From Eledone cirrhosa (taxonomy: Eukaryota): a DNA stretch of 64,000 bases. Position numbers and translations under genes: made by a program. This document shows, piece by piece, positions 40,786 to 52,127 of the stretch. Where the stretch lies: positions 294,252,001 through 294,316,000 of the forward strand of contig OZ024742.1 in assembly GCA_964016885.1 (NCBI GenBank), read 5' to 3'. The number at the start of each line of letters is the position of its first letter. The first letter of the stretch is position 1. The notes beneath the pieces were generated by a model that saw only the letters and a program-made list of their open reading frames with translations, did not search any database and was not told the origin of the DNA.

Positions 40786-41503
40786 TACAGTAGAGTAAAA
40801 GATGGATATACTCGAATAGGTATGAAATAGCTGAAAGTCTACGATCCAAGAATGACATGGGAGCAAGTGAAAAGAAAAGAAAAACAAAAACAAAACAAGA
40901 TAGAACACATTGAAAGACTGCTGTAGATAGACTACGCTTCTGCGGGAATCCATTGAAGTCGGCCATAATGATGATAAAAATGAGAATCGAAATATTGTAC
41001 ACCACATTCAACAAACATTTTAAGGCCACTTTCCCTTCTAAAAGAAGAGGTTAGGCTTATGGGTCCCATGATAGGGTACATTCTTTTGCAGACAGTTTTT
41101 TTATGGTTGAATATACAGAGTAATCTAAATGTAAGAAAAGTAATTAATTGCTGGAAATATTTCCTTTTGTCTACTGAGCCTGCCATTTACACCGCAGTAG
41201 ATTTTTTATAACAATTCTATTATTATATGTTTGAATATCTTTGTTTATTTAAATACATTACTATCTGAAGATATATAACATTGTTTCGATTGCACTTTAA
41301 GATAATACAAAATACATTACTGGTGCGTTAACAGCTTTGTTTCAATGTTATATATTACAGAATGTATATACGTATATACAATTTTAGTCAACACTATGTA
41401 TAGACAAATGTAAACACTTTGTTTATCTATACAGTATCTTTGTGGATATGGTGTGTTGACAGAGTTTTGTTTCAATATTATATTACAGAGTGTATATCTA
41501 GAC

Positions 41504-41822
41504 CAGAGGTTCTCAAAGTGAGCACTACCGGCCCCAGGGTTCATTGAGAAGGTCCTGGGGGCGCTGGGGGCTAAAGGGACGGTAGAGACGATATAATAGT
41601 ATATTAAATATCAAATGATATAGTAAAATAAAAAATATATAACATTTATTTATACATAGTATATATTATATTATTTATTATATATAAATTAACGATTTTA
41701 TTTATCATATATTATTTACATTTTGCGTGTAGGCAGGTCTCTCTGGAAATAGAGTTGGGGGCGTTAAGAGTGATACGTGGCCCCAGAGGTGGGCGGTGGC
41801 CTAAACAGTTTGAGAACATCTG
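41504..41822. mobile_element. hAT/Charlie-like MITE
   Basis: TIR cagaggttctcaaa ... tttgagaacatctg; 8-bp TSD atctagac/atcaagac (7/8). Confidence 0.8.
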
Positions 41823-44414
41823 ATCAAGACAGTATATTTCTAGCCAACACTGATTCAAGAGGTGAGAGGAAGATGGAGATCATATACAGGCAGCTTTGTT
41901 AGGCGATTCTCATGCCAGACGCAGTAGAAATCTTTGCTGATGTCAAGATGACAATCATAAAGACAGCGAAAGCCATTCTAAGCTCATCTTTCAAATTGCA
42001 GATTAACATTCTGATCTCCTACCAAAAGATTCTCTTTCAACTTTGCAAAATCTTTCCCCCTGTCACCCCTTAACAAAGATAATTATCTAAATAGCATGTT
42101 TTAATATTTAGAGAACTATCTTTGTTATGGGGTTATAGGTAAAAAGATTTTGCAAAGTCGAAAGATAATCTTGTGCAAACCATATTTCGATTCGTTTAGG
42201 CCAGAACTGGGGGAATTTCAGTGCAACGGTGTTTTCACTCGTCATCATTGCGTGCTTTTGTTTTTCTTCTCGGGGTCACCATTTATAGCTTAAGTTAAAC
42301 TATCATAACATAATAAAGGAAGGGGTGTAGGACTGTGTCCTGAATATATTGTTTTATCCCGTTAATAAAATAAGTTGGATTACTTTGAATAAATAATTGT
42401 TTCCACTTTTGAATAAATAATGAATGAATATTACATAATTTCTGTATTTCGTAGCTGTTGATTAAACATAAATATTCTTATATATAACGATTGCTTATTT
42501 TAAGATTCACTTCTTTTATAATTTTCAAATGTCAATACTTCCGGTTATGATATAACGGACGCTATCTTATATCGCTTATATAAACGTTCATATATTTGCA
42601 TCGCTATATCATAACGTTTATATTTCTGTCGCTAATTTTCTCCTTTTTCGTTTTCATTACACGTCATTATGCTAGTATGCGTAATAAGGTTGACAGAAAA
42701 CTATGATTTGTTGGACTATTATTTAACGAGCAACAAAGACGACAGATTGGCAGTACTGGTAGAGCGTCGGACATCATATTTCGCGGCATAGTTACGTCCT
42801 TTTACATTCCGAGTTCAAATTCCGCCGAGGTTAGCTTTGCCTTTCATCATCTGATCATTATCCTCCAACTAAGCAGCAACAAGTGGTTTGTTACCATTTT
42901 CCCTGCCAAACCAGGGGTTAATCTCCTGGGACCCATAACAGACTTTATACTCATCATGGAGTTCTTTTTTAGGCAATTTTTTATGACCGGATACCCTTTC
43001 CAGTGTCTTTTTGTAACCTTTTACAACATGCAGGAATACGGCGTACCTATTCTAATCTAGATACACATAGGTTCTTTCCCCATCACTATATCACTATGTT
43101 AAAATATAATAGGATTTCCACTAATTGCAGTAAGCTGATCAAGAAAGAGGAGAACAAGCAACTTTAGGGCGCCTTTTTATCCTTTCTTTATGGGATAAAT
43201 CTGTACATATTTAAAAGGGGCTGCTTATTTGTTGCTGGGACTATTGGCACTACTAGTACTCTAAGCAATTGTAAGCAACCCTTATTTAAGGCTCAAATAT
43301 ACGATTTAAGTAAGTTATTGAGTATTCCTTTAGTTCAATTATTCTTATGCTAGGAGAGCACTTAAGCAAGATGAGTATCTTCGAGATTTAGTAGGCCCCA
43401 AAATTTTAGAACACCTTAAATATTTTGGTATGTCTTAAACCTATCAAACCTGCAATTTTAGATACTGGAAAATATTTTGATGAAAATTGCTAGAGTTAAA
43501 CGAAAATAGACTTTCAATGAAAGCAGCTACAAAATGTACCTCGGGCTGAAATTCTAAATACGATTTCATTTAAGATTAACGTTTCTTTGAGAAAATCCGT
43601 TGAAATAGCTTTCTGATTTAGCATTAGAACTACTTTTTTGCTGCATTCAAATGCGAAATACTTTTTAGTGTCATGAATATTTATCATTCACAATTGTACA
43701 GTCGTTGAAAAACTTTGAAAGAAATTTTATTCGTAAAATATAATCGAAGATTTTTTACTTGATAGACTTCTTTAATTTTAGTTCACTCCCCCAAAAATTA
43801 ATCGAATATAAAATTACAAAAAACAATTAATTTATTAGTGTTTAATACAATTTACACAAGAAAAGAATCAATAAAATTATAAATGCAAACACCTTTAATA
43901 CTTGAATTATTTTTTAAAATGGAAGAATGGGTTTGGTGGACACGGAAAAGATCACGAATTTGACATGATTAGAATAAATTTAGTAGATTGCATTACAGTC
44001 GATTTACGTATTTATATGGTGTGTGTGTGTATGTGTATGTGTGTGCGCGCGTGCGTGTGTGTTTGTGTGTGTGTACAGATGTAGGGCGGCAATTTGGCAG
44101 AGTCGTTAGAACGTCAGATAGAATGTTTTATGGTATTCGTTCCGGCTCTCTGTTCTCCGATTTAAAAATCCCGTCGAGGTCAACTTTGTCTTTCATCCTT
44201 TCGAGGTCGATAAGAAAAGTACGAGTCTAGTATTGGGGTGGATTCCTCCACTATATCTCTTTCTCATTTCCTCTCTCTTACTTTCTATCTTTCTCTGGAA
44301 GAAATCTGCTGTACTCAGGCCTGGAGAGGGGTGGGCTCCGCCAGGCTTAAAATACCCAAGAAACGCCATATGTCAATCAGGACTCTATCAGGAATTACGG
44401 GACCATACATACAT

Positions 44415-44826
44415 ACATGATGGCTGCAAACTCGTGTTCGAGCATTGCCATCGCCCGATAAAATGCCCAAAAATGTGAGGCACGAATGTGATTCTTTAAA
44501 CCAGCTAAAGGCTTGAGCCTTCTGGCACATACATGGCAACTGTAGGCTCCTCCGGGACTTTCCATTGCTTTGTTCTGGCTGTGTGTTTTAAGACCTCCCA
44601 TGCTAGCACATTCCTTGCCACATCCCTTACACCTTTTCAGATCATAATCTACATGAGGTCTACTGATATGACTTTGTTCATGTCTAATCAAACCACCTTT
44701 ACGCAGGTAGACTCGACCACAGTGCTGGCAAACCAGATGATGTTCAACAGCAGGCAGTTCAGAACAGTCTCTTTTCCTTACCTCCCTTTTCAATGTAAGG
44801 CGTTCTCTCCGACGACTTTTTAAATA
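44415..44826 (-). mobile_element. RTE LINE 3' fragment with three C2H2 fingers
   Basis: CQHCGRVYLRKGGLIRHEQSH, CKGCGKECASMGGLKTH, CHVCARRLKPLAGLKNHIRASH; ends gcagccatc(atgt)n. Confidence 0.75.
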
Positions 44827-45355
44827 CACATACATACATGTGTTGTAGATATCAGCAACCTATACTATCGCTACCGCAATCGTACATGCCCATACAATGT
44901 AAGAGAACGCTCTCTGCTCTAAAATGTTGCCCCTAACTGGTGTAGTGGCTAGAACAATAGAGACAGAGGAAAGATGAAGATAATAGGGGTATATTGAGCC
45001 TCTTTCTTATTCTACAAAAAAGTGCATCATCTCTAGCATTGCATGTCGCCAAGCATTGCGGTTCTTTGTCATCTATGTCATGTGGTTTAACGTCACCACC
45101 GCATCCCATATCTTCCTAGCTCTACCTCTTCCACAGGTCCATTCACTGAGATTGTCTTGCACTTCTTTAAACAACTGTCATCTTCCATATATCACATGTC
45201 ATACCAGTACAGTCTTCTCCCTTGCAAATCTGATTTTCTTCCTGTGTGTATGTGTGCGTGTGTGTATCATGCATGTGTGTATGTATGTATGTATGTATGT
45301 ATGTATGTATGTATGTATGTATGTATGTATGTATGTATGTATGTATGTATGTATG

Positions 45356-45960
45356 TCAGGTCACCAGTTGGTGCTACTGGTAACATGTATCCCAGTACAA
45401 CCTGTCTCATGGTCGGGTCATTGGCGACTAAACTGGCAACCCCACCAAGGTTTCTTGGTGAGGAGGGTGACTCTGGACATCCTGCAGGACTAAAAACAAA
45501 ACCTGTCAAAGGGCAAAGGAGCTCTTAAGAGTCAATGGCCATCCAAAATCACCGGGAGAGATGACCCCTTAGCCTTTGTCAAGGCAGAATTCTAGGAGAA
45601 GGAAAATTCTGATATAACACCTGCAACCCTGATGGTATCCAATGATGTTGACTTGTTCTTCTTTTTGGTAAATATCATCTTGGTTAAGAGAGTGGGACTG
45701 GCTTTGTGCAGTACCCTTGCTCACTATAAAAGCTTCACGGCACAGGCATTGCTTTATATCTGGAGATCTCTCTGCACTTGTCGTCACATGGTACCATGGG
45801 CCCAGCACTATGTGTCAATAATTGTCACAAGTGTAGTGTTTGTACCAGAGTTTTCAAGTCGCTGGCTGGACTAAAAAGTCAGTCGTTCAGCGCATCGGTA
45901 GGGGTTCTCCTACATGGATATGAAGTAGTGGCCGTACTCGAAAACGAGTTGGCAGCCACC
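45356..45960 (+). mobile_element. Internally deleted RTE derivative (5'UTR + APE piece + zinc-finger 3' end)
   Basis: (TATG)n on both sides; 45596-45798 is shared with 51453-51657; CSVCTRVFKSLAGLKS finger; 3' gcagccacc(atgt)n. Confidence 0.6.
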
Positions 45961-47924
45961 ATGTATGTATGTATGTATGTATGTATGTATGTATGTATGT
46001 ATGTATGTATGTATGTATGTATGTATGTATGTTCCTCTGGTTTTATATTCACAAAGTTTTACCAATAGAGAGAGAGTCGGTTTCTAACATAGACACAAGA
46101 CTCATTGGAATTTACACATCAACTAGGTAGATATGTATGTATGCATGCATGTCTGCATGCATGCATGTGTAGATATGGATGTTATTGTATGTGTGGATGT
46201 AGATGTTTTTAGTTGTATGTGTGCATGTTTATATGCTTAGTATCTGTACATGTGTATATGCAGTTATTAGATGCAACATTTTTGGAATGTTTTACATATT
46301 TTTGCTGTTCCATTAATGGATTGTACTTGTAATTTCCTAACTTGTGTTCTTTCTGTTCCTGTCCTAGCTTCTCAAGATTTGTATTGAGGCAGTTACTAAC
46401 ATATCCCAGTGCCCCAATAATCACAGGCATAAATCTGAAGGTGTAATCAGGGTGGAGTATCTGCAGATTTCTCATCAGTTCTGCATAAATATTCTCCTTT
46501 TCGCTAATCTTTGATATTATATTGGCATCTGCTGGACAGCTAACTTCCACTACTGTGGATGCCTTCTTTTCCTTGTCCCATATCATAATATCTGGTCTGT
46601 TATGCCTGCATTTTATTGGGGGTTTTACTGGAACATTCCACCAGTACTCTTTCATATTATGTATATGTATGTCTTCCACATTGCTGTAGCTTTTAATGTG
46701 TTTATTATCGGGGCTATCTTTTCTACAGATTGGATTGTACAGTGTTTTGGCCATTGCATTATGCCTCACAGGTAGATAGTATCGCGATGACATCTTTGGA
46801 CAGCTGCTTGTGATATGGGTGACATCTTCGATGTTAATTCTGCAGAGTCTGCACTTATTATCACATCTAGGTGTTTTGCCTGCATCCCTATCTCTTTTGT
46901 GAATCAGGTATTTCGTGTTGATTTCCTGTTCTTGGATTGCAAAAGCGTATCCTTCAAAGTGGGAGCCAATATAGCGGTTGTTGGTCCAAGATAGACTACT
47001 TTCTTTATCTATATTACTCTCACTCTGGAGCTTCCTGGCAACATATCTTTAGATGACTGGTATTAGTGTATATATTACTTGCAATAATATTAAAACGAAT
47101 AAGAATGGCTGGTGCGTGTTTGTACAATGCTTTATATCACAGGAGTCAATAATAACACAATAGAAATATCTTACCACGTGTCGTGATGGTATAGTTGGTG
47201 AGTTGGTCTCGACTCCAAAACTGGAGCGTATACAGCAGAGAGAGAGAGAGAGAGAGAGAAGACAGGAGTCATCTCTAGGGAGAGAAGGCAGAAAATATCT
47301 TTTCATAGGTAGAAGTCAGCTCCAACATTATGCGTGTTGTCTCTTCGGAAATAGCTGCCGGAGTGTGTATTATTTTTGGTGACGTCAATTTGTGACATCA
47401 GAGCTATGTACAGGTAACTCTGCATAGCTGTCTCCAAACACACGACAGGTGTCGCTTCGCTACATATAGACCTTCTCCAGATGACCAATCGATGGAGAAG
47501 TAAACATATGTAGTGAGAAGCAAGACAAAGATAGGTAATAAACAAAAGAAATGTTTGCACAAGCAGCAAACAAAAGGCAAGGCACGCAAAAATGTAACAG
47601 AAACATGCAAAACAATCAATAAAATGCAACAAATCGTAAGAAAAACAAAAACAAAGGGCTGCAACAAGGGCAGCTTAAATGTACACAGTTTGACACAGTT
47701 TTTTGGGCCAGTGGAACCTCCGACCGGAACAGGTCGTGGTCTTGTATCTTGGTGATGGGGGGGGGGGGGGGGGGGGCACAAAGAAACAGGTGTGTGTGCA
47801 AAAGAGAAAGATGGGGCGTATGTGGCTCAGGTGTGTGAGCATCTGTGGGCCCGTTTAATTCTATCAACAGCAATGGTCTCTCTGGATCCCTTAATGTCTA
47901 CAATGAAATGTTTAACAGAACGAG

Positions 47925-48704
47925 CTAACACATTCGGTAGGGTCCAGAGTACGGTTGTGTGAGAGGTGGTCTCACAGCATCGTTTCTTACGAACACATGG
48001 GTCCACGAAGCAATATCCCTCGGGACTGCAGTTTTTAAAGTTTGTTTCCTCGTATCCATCGGCGGCAGGTCCTGAAAATAAGAACGCAGACGGGATACGT
48101 AGGAAAGCGGATCTTGTGCAGCAAGATCGACAGGGGCAAGTATTTGCTCAGGTAACGCTAGAGGAGCACCATACAATAATTCGGCCGGGGAGAACCCAAG
48201 GGCCACCTTTATTGATGACCGAATCCCCAACAACACAATAGGGAGGTACTCGCTCCAACGCGTAGAGTCAGGAGAAGTCCATAGAGCAGCTTTTAGTTGT
48301 CGGTGGAAACGCTCCACCATTCCGTTAGATGCAGGATGATATGAAGTTTTTCGGATGCGTTTAGCACCCATAATCTTCGTTAATTCATAGAAGAGATTCG
48401 ATTCAAACTGCCTTCCACGGTCCGTTGTAATCGTGGTTGGCACTCCAAAGCGGGCAATCCATCCTGATACTAGGGCACGCGCTGTCGTTTCAGCAGTGAT
48501 GTCTTTCAAGGGGATGGCTTCAGGCCATCGCGAAAAACGATCAATAACAGTCAATAGATAAGTATGACTACCACTGACATGAATGTGCCGGAAACGGGCG
48601 TCCGGTGTACTGAAAGTACCGAGCGGCGCCTTAATGTGTTTAAGGATTTTCGATTTCTGGCAAGCGATGCAGGAACGGCACCAAGCAGTAATATCGCGCT
48701 TCAT
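47925..48704 (-). pseudogene. Gypsy integrase remnant
   Basis: [41 protein letters not shown] and QPYSGPY; the first catalytic Asp region appears deleted. Confidence 0.9.
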
Positions 48705-48716
48705 ATTTGGAAGTCA

Positions 48717-48747
48717 GTTGCGTGTTCGAATCACGTCGGGGTCACCA
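48717..48747 (-). other. Primer-binding site complementary to the tRNA-Trp 3' end
   Basis: The plus-strand sequence gttgcgtgttcgaatcacgtcggggtcacca equals the recalled eukaryotic tRNA-Trp 3' end including CCA, 1 nt from the 5' LTR. Confidence 0.88.
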
Positions 48748-50506
48748 CTTTAGATGACTGGTATTAGTGTATATATTACTTGCAATAATATTAAAACGAA
48801 TAAGAATGGCTGGTGCGTGTTTGTACAATGTTTTATATCACAGTCAATAATAACACAATAGAAATATTTTACCCCGTGTCGTGATGGTGTAGTTGGTGAG
48901 TTGGTTTCGACTCCAAGACTGGAGCGTATACAGCAGAGAGAGTGAAGACAGGAGACATCTCTAGGGAGAGAAGGCAGAAAATATCTCTTCATAGGTAGAA
49001 GTCAGCTCCAACATCATGCGTGTTGTCTCTTCGGAAATAGCCGCCGGAGTGTGTATTATTTTTGGTGACGTCAGAGCTATGTGCAGGTAACTCTGCATCG
49101 CTGTCTCCAAACACACGACAGGTGTCGTTTCGCTACATATCCATGCATGATTTTTTGCTGACAAGCATGCAGTTTTTCATCCATGGATTCACTGCGATAC
49201 TACTGAGCAACTTCCCTGGGTGTGAGTTTTTGATTATCACATAGAGAATACCTCTCGTGGAGTTCCTTCCCAACTCTCATGATCTTATCTGTTTCGTGCA
49301 GATAGACTTGCTCGAGAGACGGGCTCCTACGCTTTGAGGTTCGTAGATGTTGTTGGAGAGATATGATGCGATATTCAAATGCTGTCTGGACCGATGTTAG
49401 GCCTCTGCCTCCTTGCTTACGTTTCAAGTAAAGGCGGTCTATGTCACTGTTGATGTGGAAGTTTCCGGTGTTGTTTAGTATTTTTCGAGTTCTAACATCA
49501 ATCGCTCGGATTTCGTCTATCATCCAATTGAGTATTCCAAAAGTTGGTGTTAGGACAGGCATAACAAACACATTGTAAGCGACTGTTTTGCTTTGCGCAG
49601 AGAGTTCCGATGACCATATCTTTCTTAATCGGGTGTAGTATTCCCTGGTTACGCGTTCCTTATTACAGATACCATTATAGGATATGTTCTCATCTATCCC
49701 CAGGTATCTGTAGCAGTCCTCATCAGATATTGGTGAAACAGTTAGGCCATTGATACAAATGTTGCTAGATTGGGTTGTTGTTTTTCCCCGCTTTACAGTC
49801 ATATATGAGCATTTATCTTGGCCAAACTCCATTCCTATATCCTTTGAGAATGTTGTAACCAGGTCAAGATTTTTCTTCATCCTATCCATGTTCTTGGCAT
49901 AGAGTTTCAGATCATCCACAAAGAAATGTATGTATGCATGTATGTATGTATGTTGACCTGCTCTTTTTTATGGATACCTGTCGCCATTGTCCAGAGAGTT
50001 GTGTTGATCCAGTGCAAGGCTTTTCTTCACTTAAAAAAGCTTCAAACACAGGCAGGCATCACTTGATATAAACGATTTTCACGTGTGTTGCGTGAGCTTG
50101 GCTTTTTCTTTTTTGTTTTGTAGCAGCAAATGCAGAAAGGAATCTAAGTCCTTGAAAGGACTAAAAGACCATGTTCGTGCCACCCATGTGTGAGAAAAAG
50201 GTCCAGGGATGTCAATTCTCGAAACCGAAATGCAATCATTATGATGCTTTCCAGCATAGTTACGTCCCTTTACGATCTGAGTTCAAATCCCGCCGAGGTT
50301 GACTTTGCCTTTTATCCTTACGGGGTCGATAAAATAAAGTACCAGTAATGCACTGGATAATTGCTGGCCTTGTGCCTAAAGTAGAAACAATTATGAATGC
50401 ATATATTGATAGATATGCGTGTGTGTAAGTACATATGTACGTACGTAAATACCTAACTACGTACGTTCGTACTTACGTACTTATGTATGTTTTGTATGTA
50501 TGTATG

Positions 50507-51373
50507 TTTTCTCTTTCTCTTAATTTCGAGTATATTTTTTTGACCGGCCACCTTCCTGGTGGCAAGGTTGTAAAAGAAAAGAAATTGTCATCCCTTGAAT
50601 CGCAAGAATGTTTTGCAAATTTTGAAGGTGCCAGCTATCGCAGCCATTTGTAGACTATGAATTAGGGAGCTGCGCTTTTTGTCCGCAAATCCAAGTTCAG
50701 TCATACTTTGGTCCAAGCGGGTTGGTATATAACCCGTAGCTCCAATAATGATGGGTATGAAGCTAAAGGTGTATCTTGGATACTGGATTTGTAAACTCCT
50801 CGTCAATGGTCCGTAGATGTCCTCCTTCTCCTGTATTTTTCTGACAACGTTTACATCATGTGGGCAGCTGATCTCCACAACAGAACACGTTTTCAATGTG
50901 TGGTCCCAAACAACCATATCAGGCCGGTTGTGCTTTAATTTGGTGGCAGTTTTTATTTTCAGGTTCCACCAGTATTCCTTAGTGCCATCTGTCTCAATAT
51001 ATTCTTCCTCGTTTGTTGTTAATTTTGTTTTCCGAAGTGCGTTCCAGATGGTTCTAGCTATCCCATCGTGTCTCATGGGGAGGTAGTAGCGAGATGACAT
51101 TCTTTCGCAGCTGGCAACAATGTGGCTTACATCCTCGATCTTTGTTTTACATAGCCTACATTTATTGTCAGCTGATGGCCCTCCCCTTTTGTGCAGCAGA
51201 TATTTGGTAGGGAGTTCTTGTTCCTGTATTGCATAGAGATATCCCTCAAGGTGTGATGACATAAACTTGTCGGAACTCCATGCCAGGCTTTTTGAGTGGT
51301 TTATCCCCTCTATGGTCTGTGTTTTACGCCTCAAGTATCCATGCACAACTTTTTCTGTAAATTGGTCAATTTT
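50507..51373 (-). mobile_element. R4/Dong-like RLE element 3' fragment
   Basis: AIQEQ, CRLCKTKIEDVSHIVASC, RHD, NRPDMVVWD..VEISCP; short 3'UTR; (TATG)n on both sides. Confidence 0.9.
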
Positions 51374-51717
51374 TATGTATGTATGTATGTATGTATGTAT
51401 GTATGTATGTATGTATGTATGTATGTATGTATGTATGTATGTATGTATGTGAAGGAGAAGGAAAACTCTAATATAACACCCGCAACCCTGATGGTATCCA
51501 ATGATGTTGACTTGTTCTTCTTTTTGGCAAATATCATCTTGGTTAAGAGAGTGGGACTGGCTTTGTGCAGGGCCTTTGCTCACTATAAAAGCTTCACGGC
51601 ACAGGCATTGCTTTATATCTGGAGATCTCTCTGCACTTGTCGTCACATGGTACCATGCTTTTTAGCCTCTTGGGTTGTGTTTACCATTATTCCTTTATTA
51701 TATAACTCTTATGCAAT

Positions 51718-51779
51718 AAACACCTGATGATGTCACCAGGATCCTACAGAACTTGGTTATTGAAATGTACATAGTGTTT
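51718..51779 (+). ncRNA. Hammerhead ribozyme in Penelope-like pLTR (51660-51990)
   Basis: aaacac CTGATGA tgtcaccagg..cttggttatt GAAA tgtaca TA gtgttt. Confidence 0.8.
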
Positions 51780-51988
51780 GCTATAATAAATCTTTGAAGG
51801 AATTTCACCAGTCTGGCCTCCTATCATTTTACTCAATAATAATTAACTCCGTTCTCGCACCACCAACACGATTCAACATAAACGAAGATGGATGATTTGC
51901 ATAACGTCGAGTGCTTTTTCTAATATTACATCATGGTTGACTATACGGAATGACCAGTTCTATCCAGTAGTGAACCAACACGCCTAAA

Positions 51989-52028
<40 letters not shown>

Positions 52029-52056
52029 AACAAAAGATGGTTAAAAGAGTTCCATG

Positions 52057-52127
52057 TATTTTATTATGCGCATTTCAAAAACAAATATCATCATGCAATA
52101 ATATTTGTGTTTTCATCAGATAAAATA
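52057..52127 (-). ncRNA. Hammerhead ribozyme in the inverted pLTR
   Basis: Reverse complement of 55322-55392. Confidence 0.85.

Larger units (their letters stand above)
47048..49137 (-). mobile_element. Internally deleted Ty3/Gypsy LTR retrotransposon
   Basis: LTRs at 47048-47464 and 48749-49137; TSD TATC (47044-47047 and 49138-49141); tRNA-Trp PBS; PPT-like ggagaagg; integrase ORF only. Confidence 0.93.
46031..49926 (-). mobile_element. R4/Dong-like RLE non-LTR retrotransposon, 5'-truncated and split by a Gypsy insertion
   Basis: FVDDLKLY, YRYLG and GGRGL (49200-49925); CCHC knuckle CRLCRINIEDVTHITSSC; RHN, RPD..EVSCP restriction-like endonuclease. The frame MHG|YVARK is continuous across the LTR element. 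(TATG)n flanks. Confidence 0.88.

Noticed and set aside
40679-41186. Short ORFs in unique-looking sequence as exons of a second host gene
   Set aside because: No recognisable motifs or consistent splice and frame pattern were found by eye.
48717-48747. tRNA-Trp gene
   Set aside because: Only the 3' part with encoded CCA is present, adjacent to an LTR, so it is a PBS.
50588-51646. 352-aa ORF as a single fusion protein
   Set aside because: It is chance read-through from an antisense RTE fragment across (CATA)n into the R4/Dong fragment.
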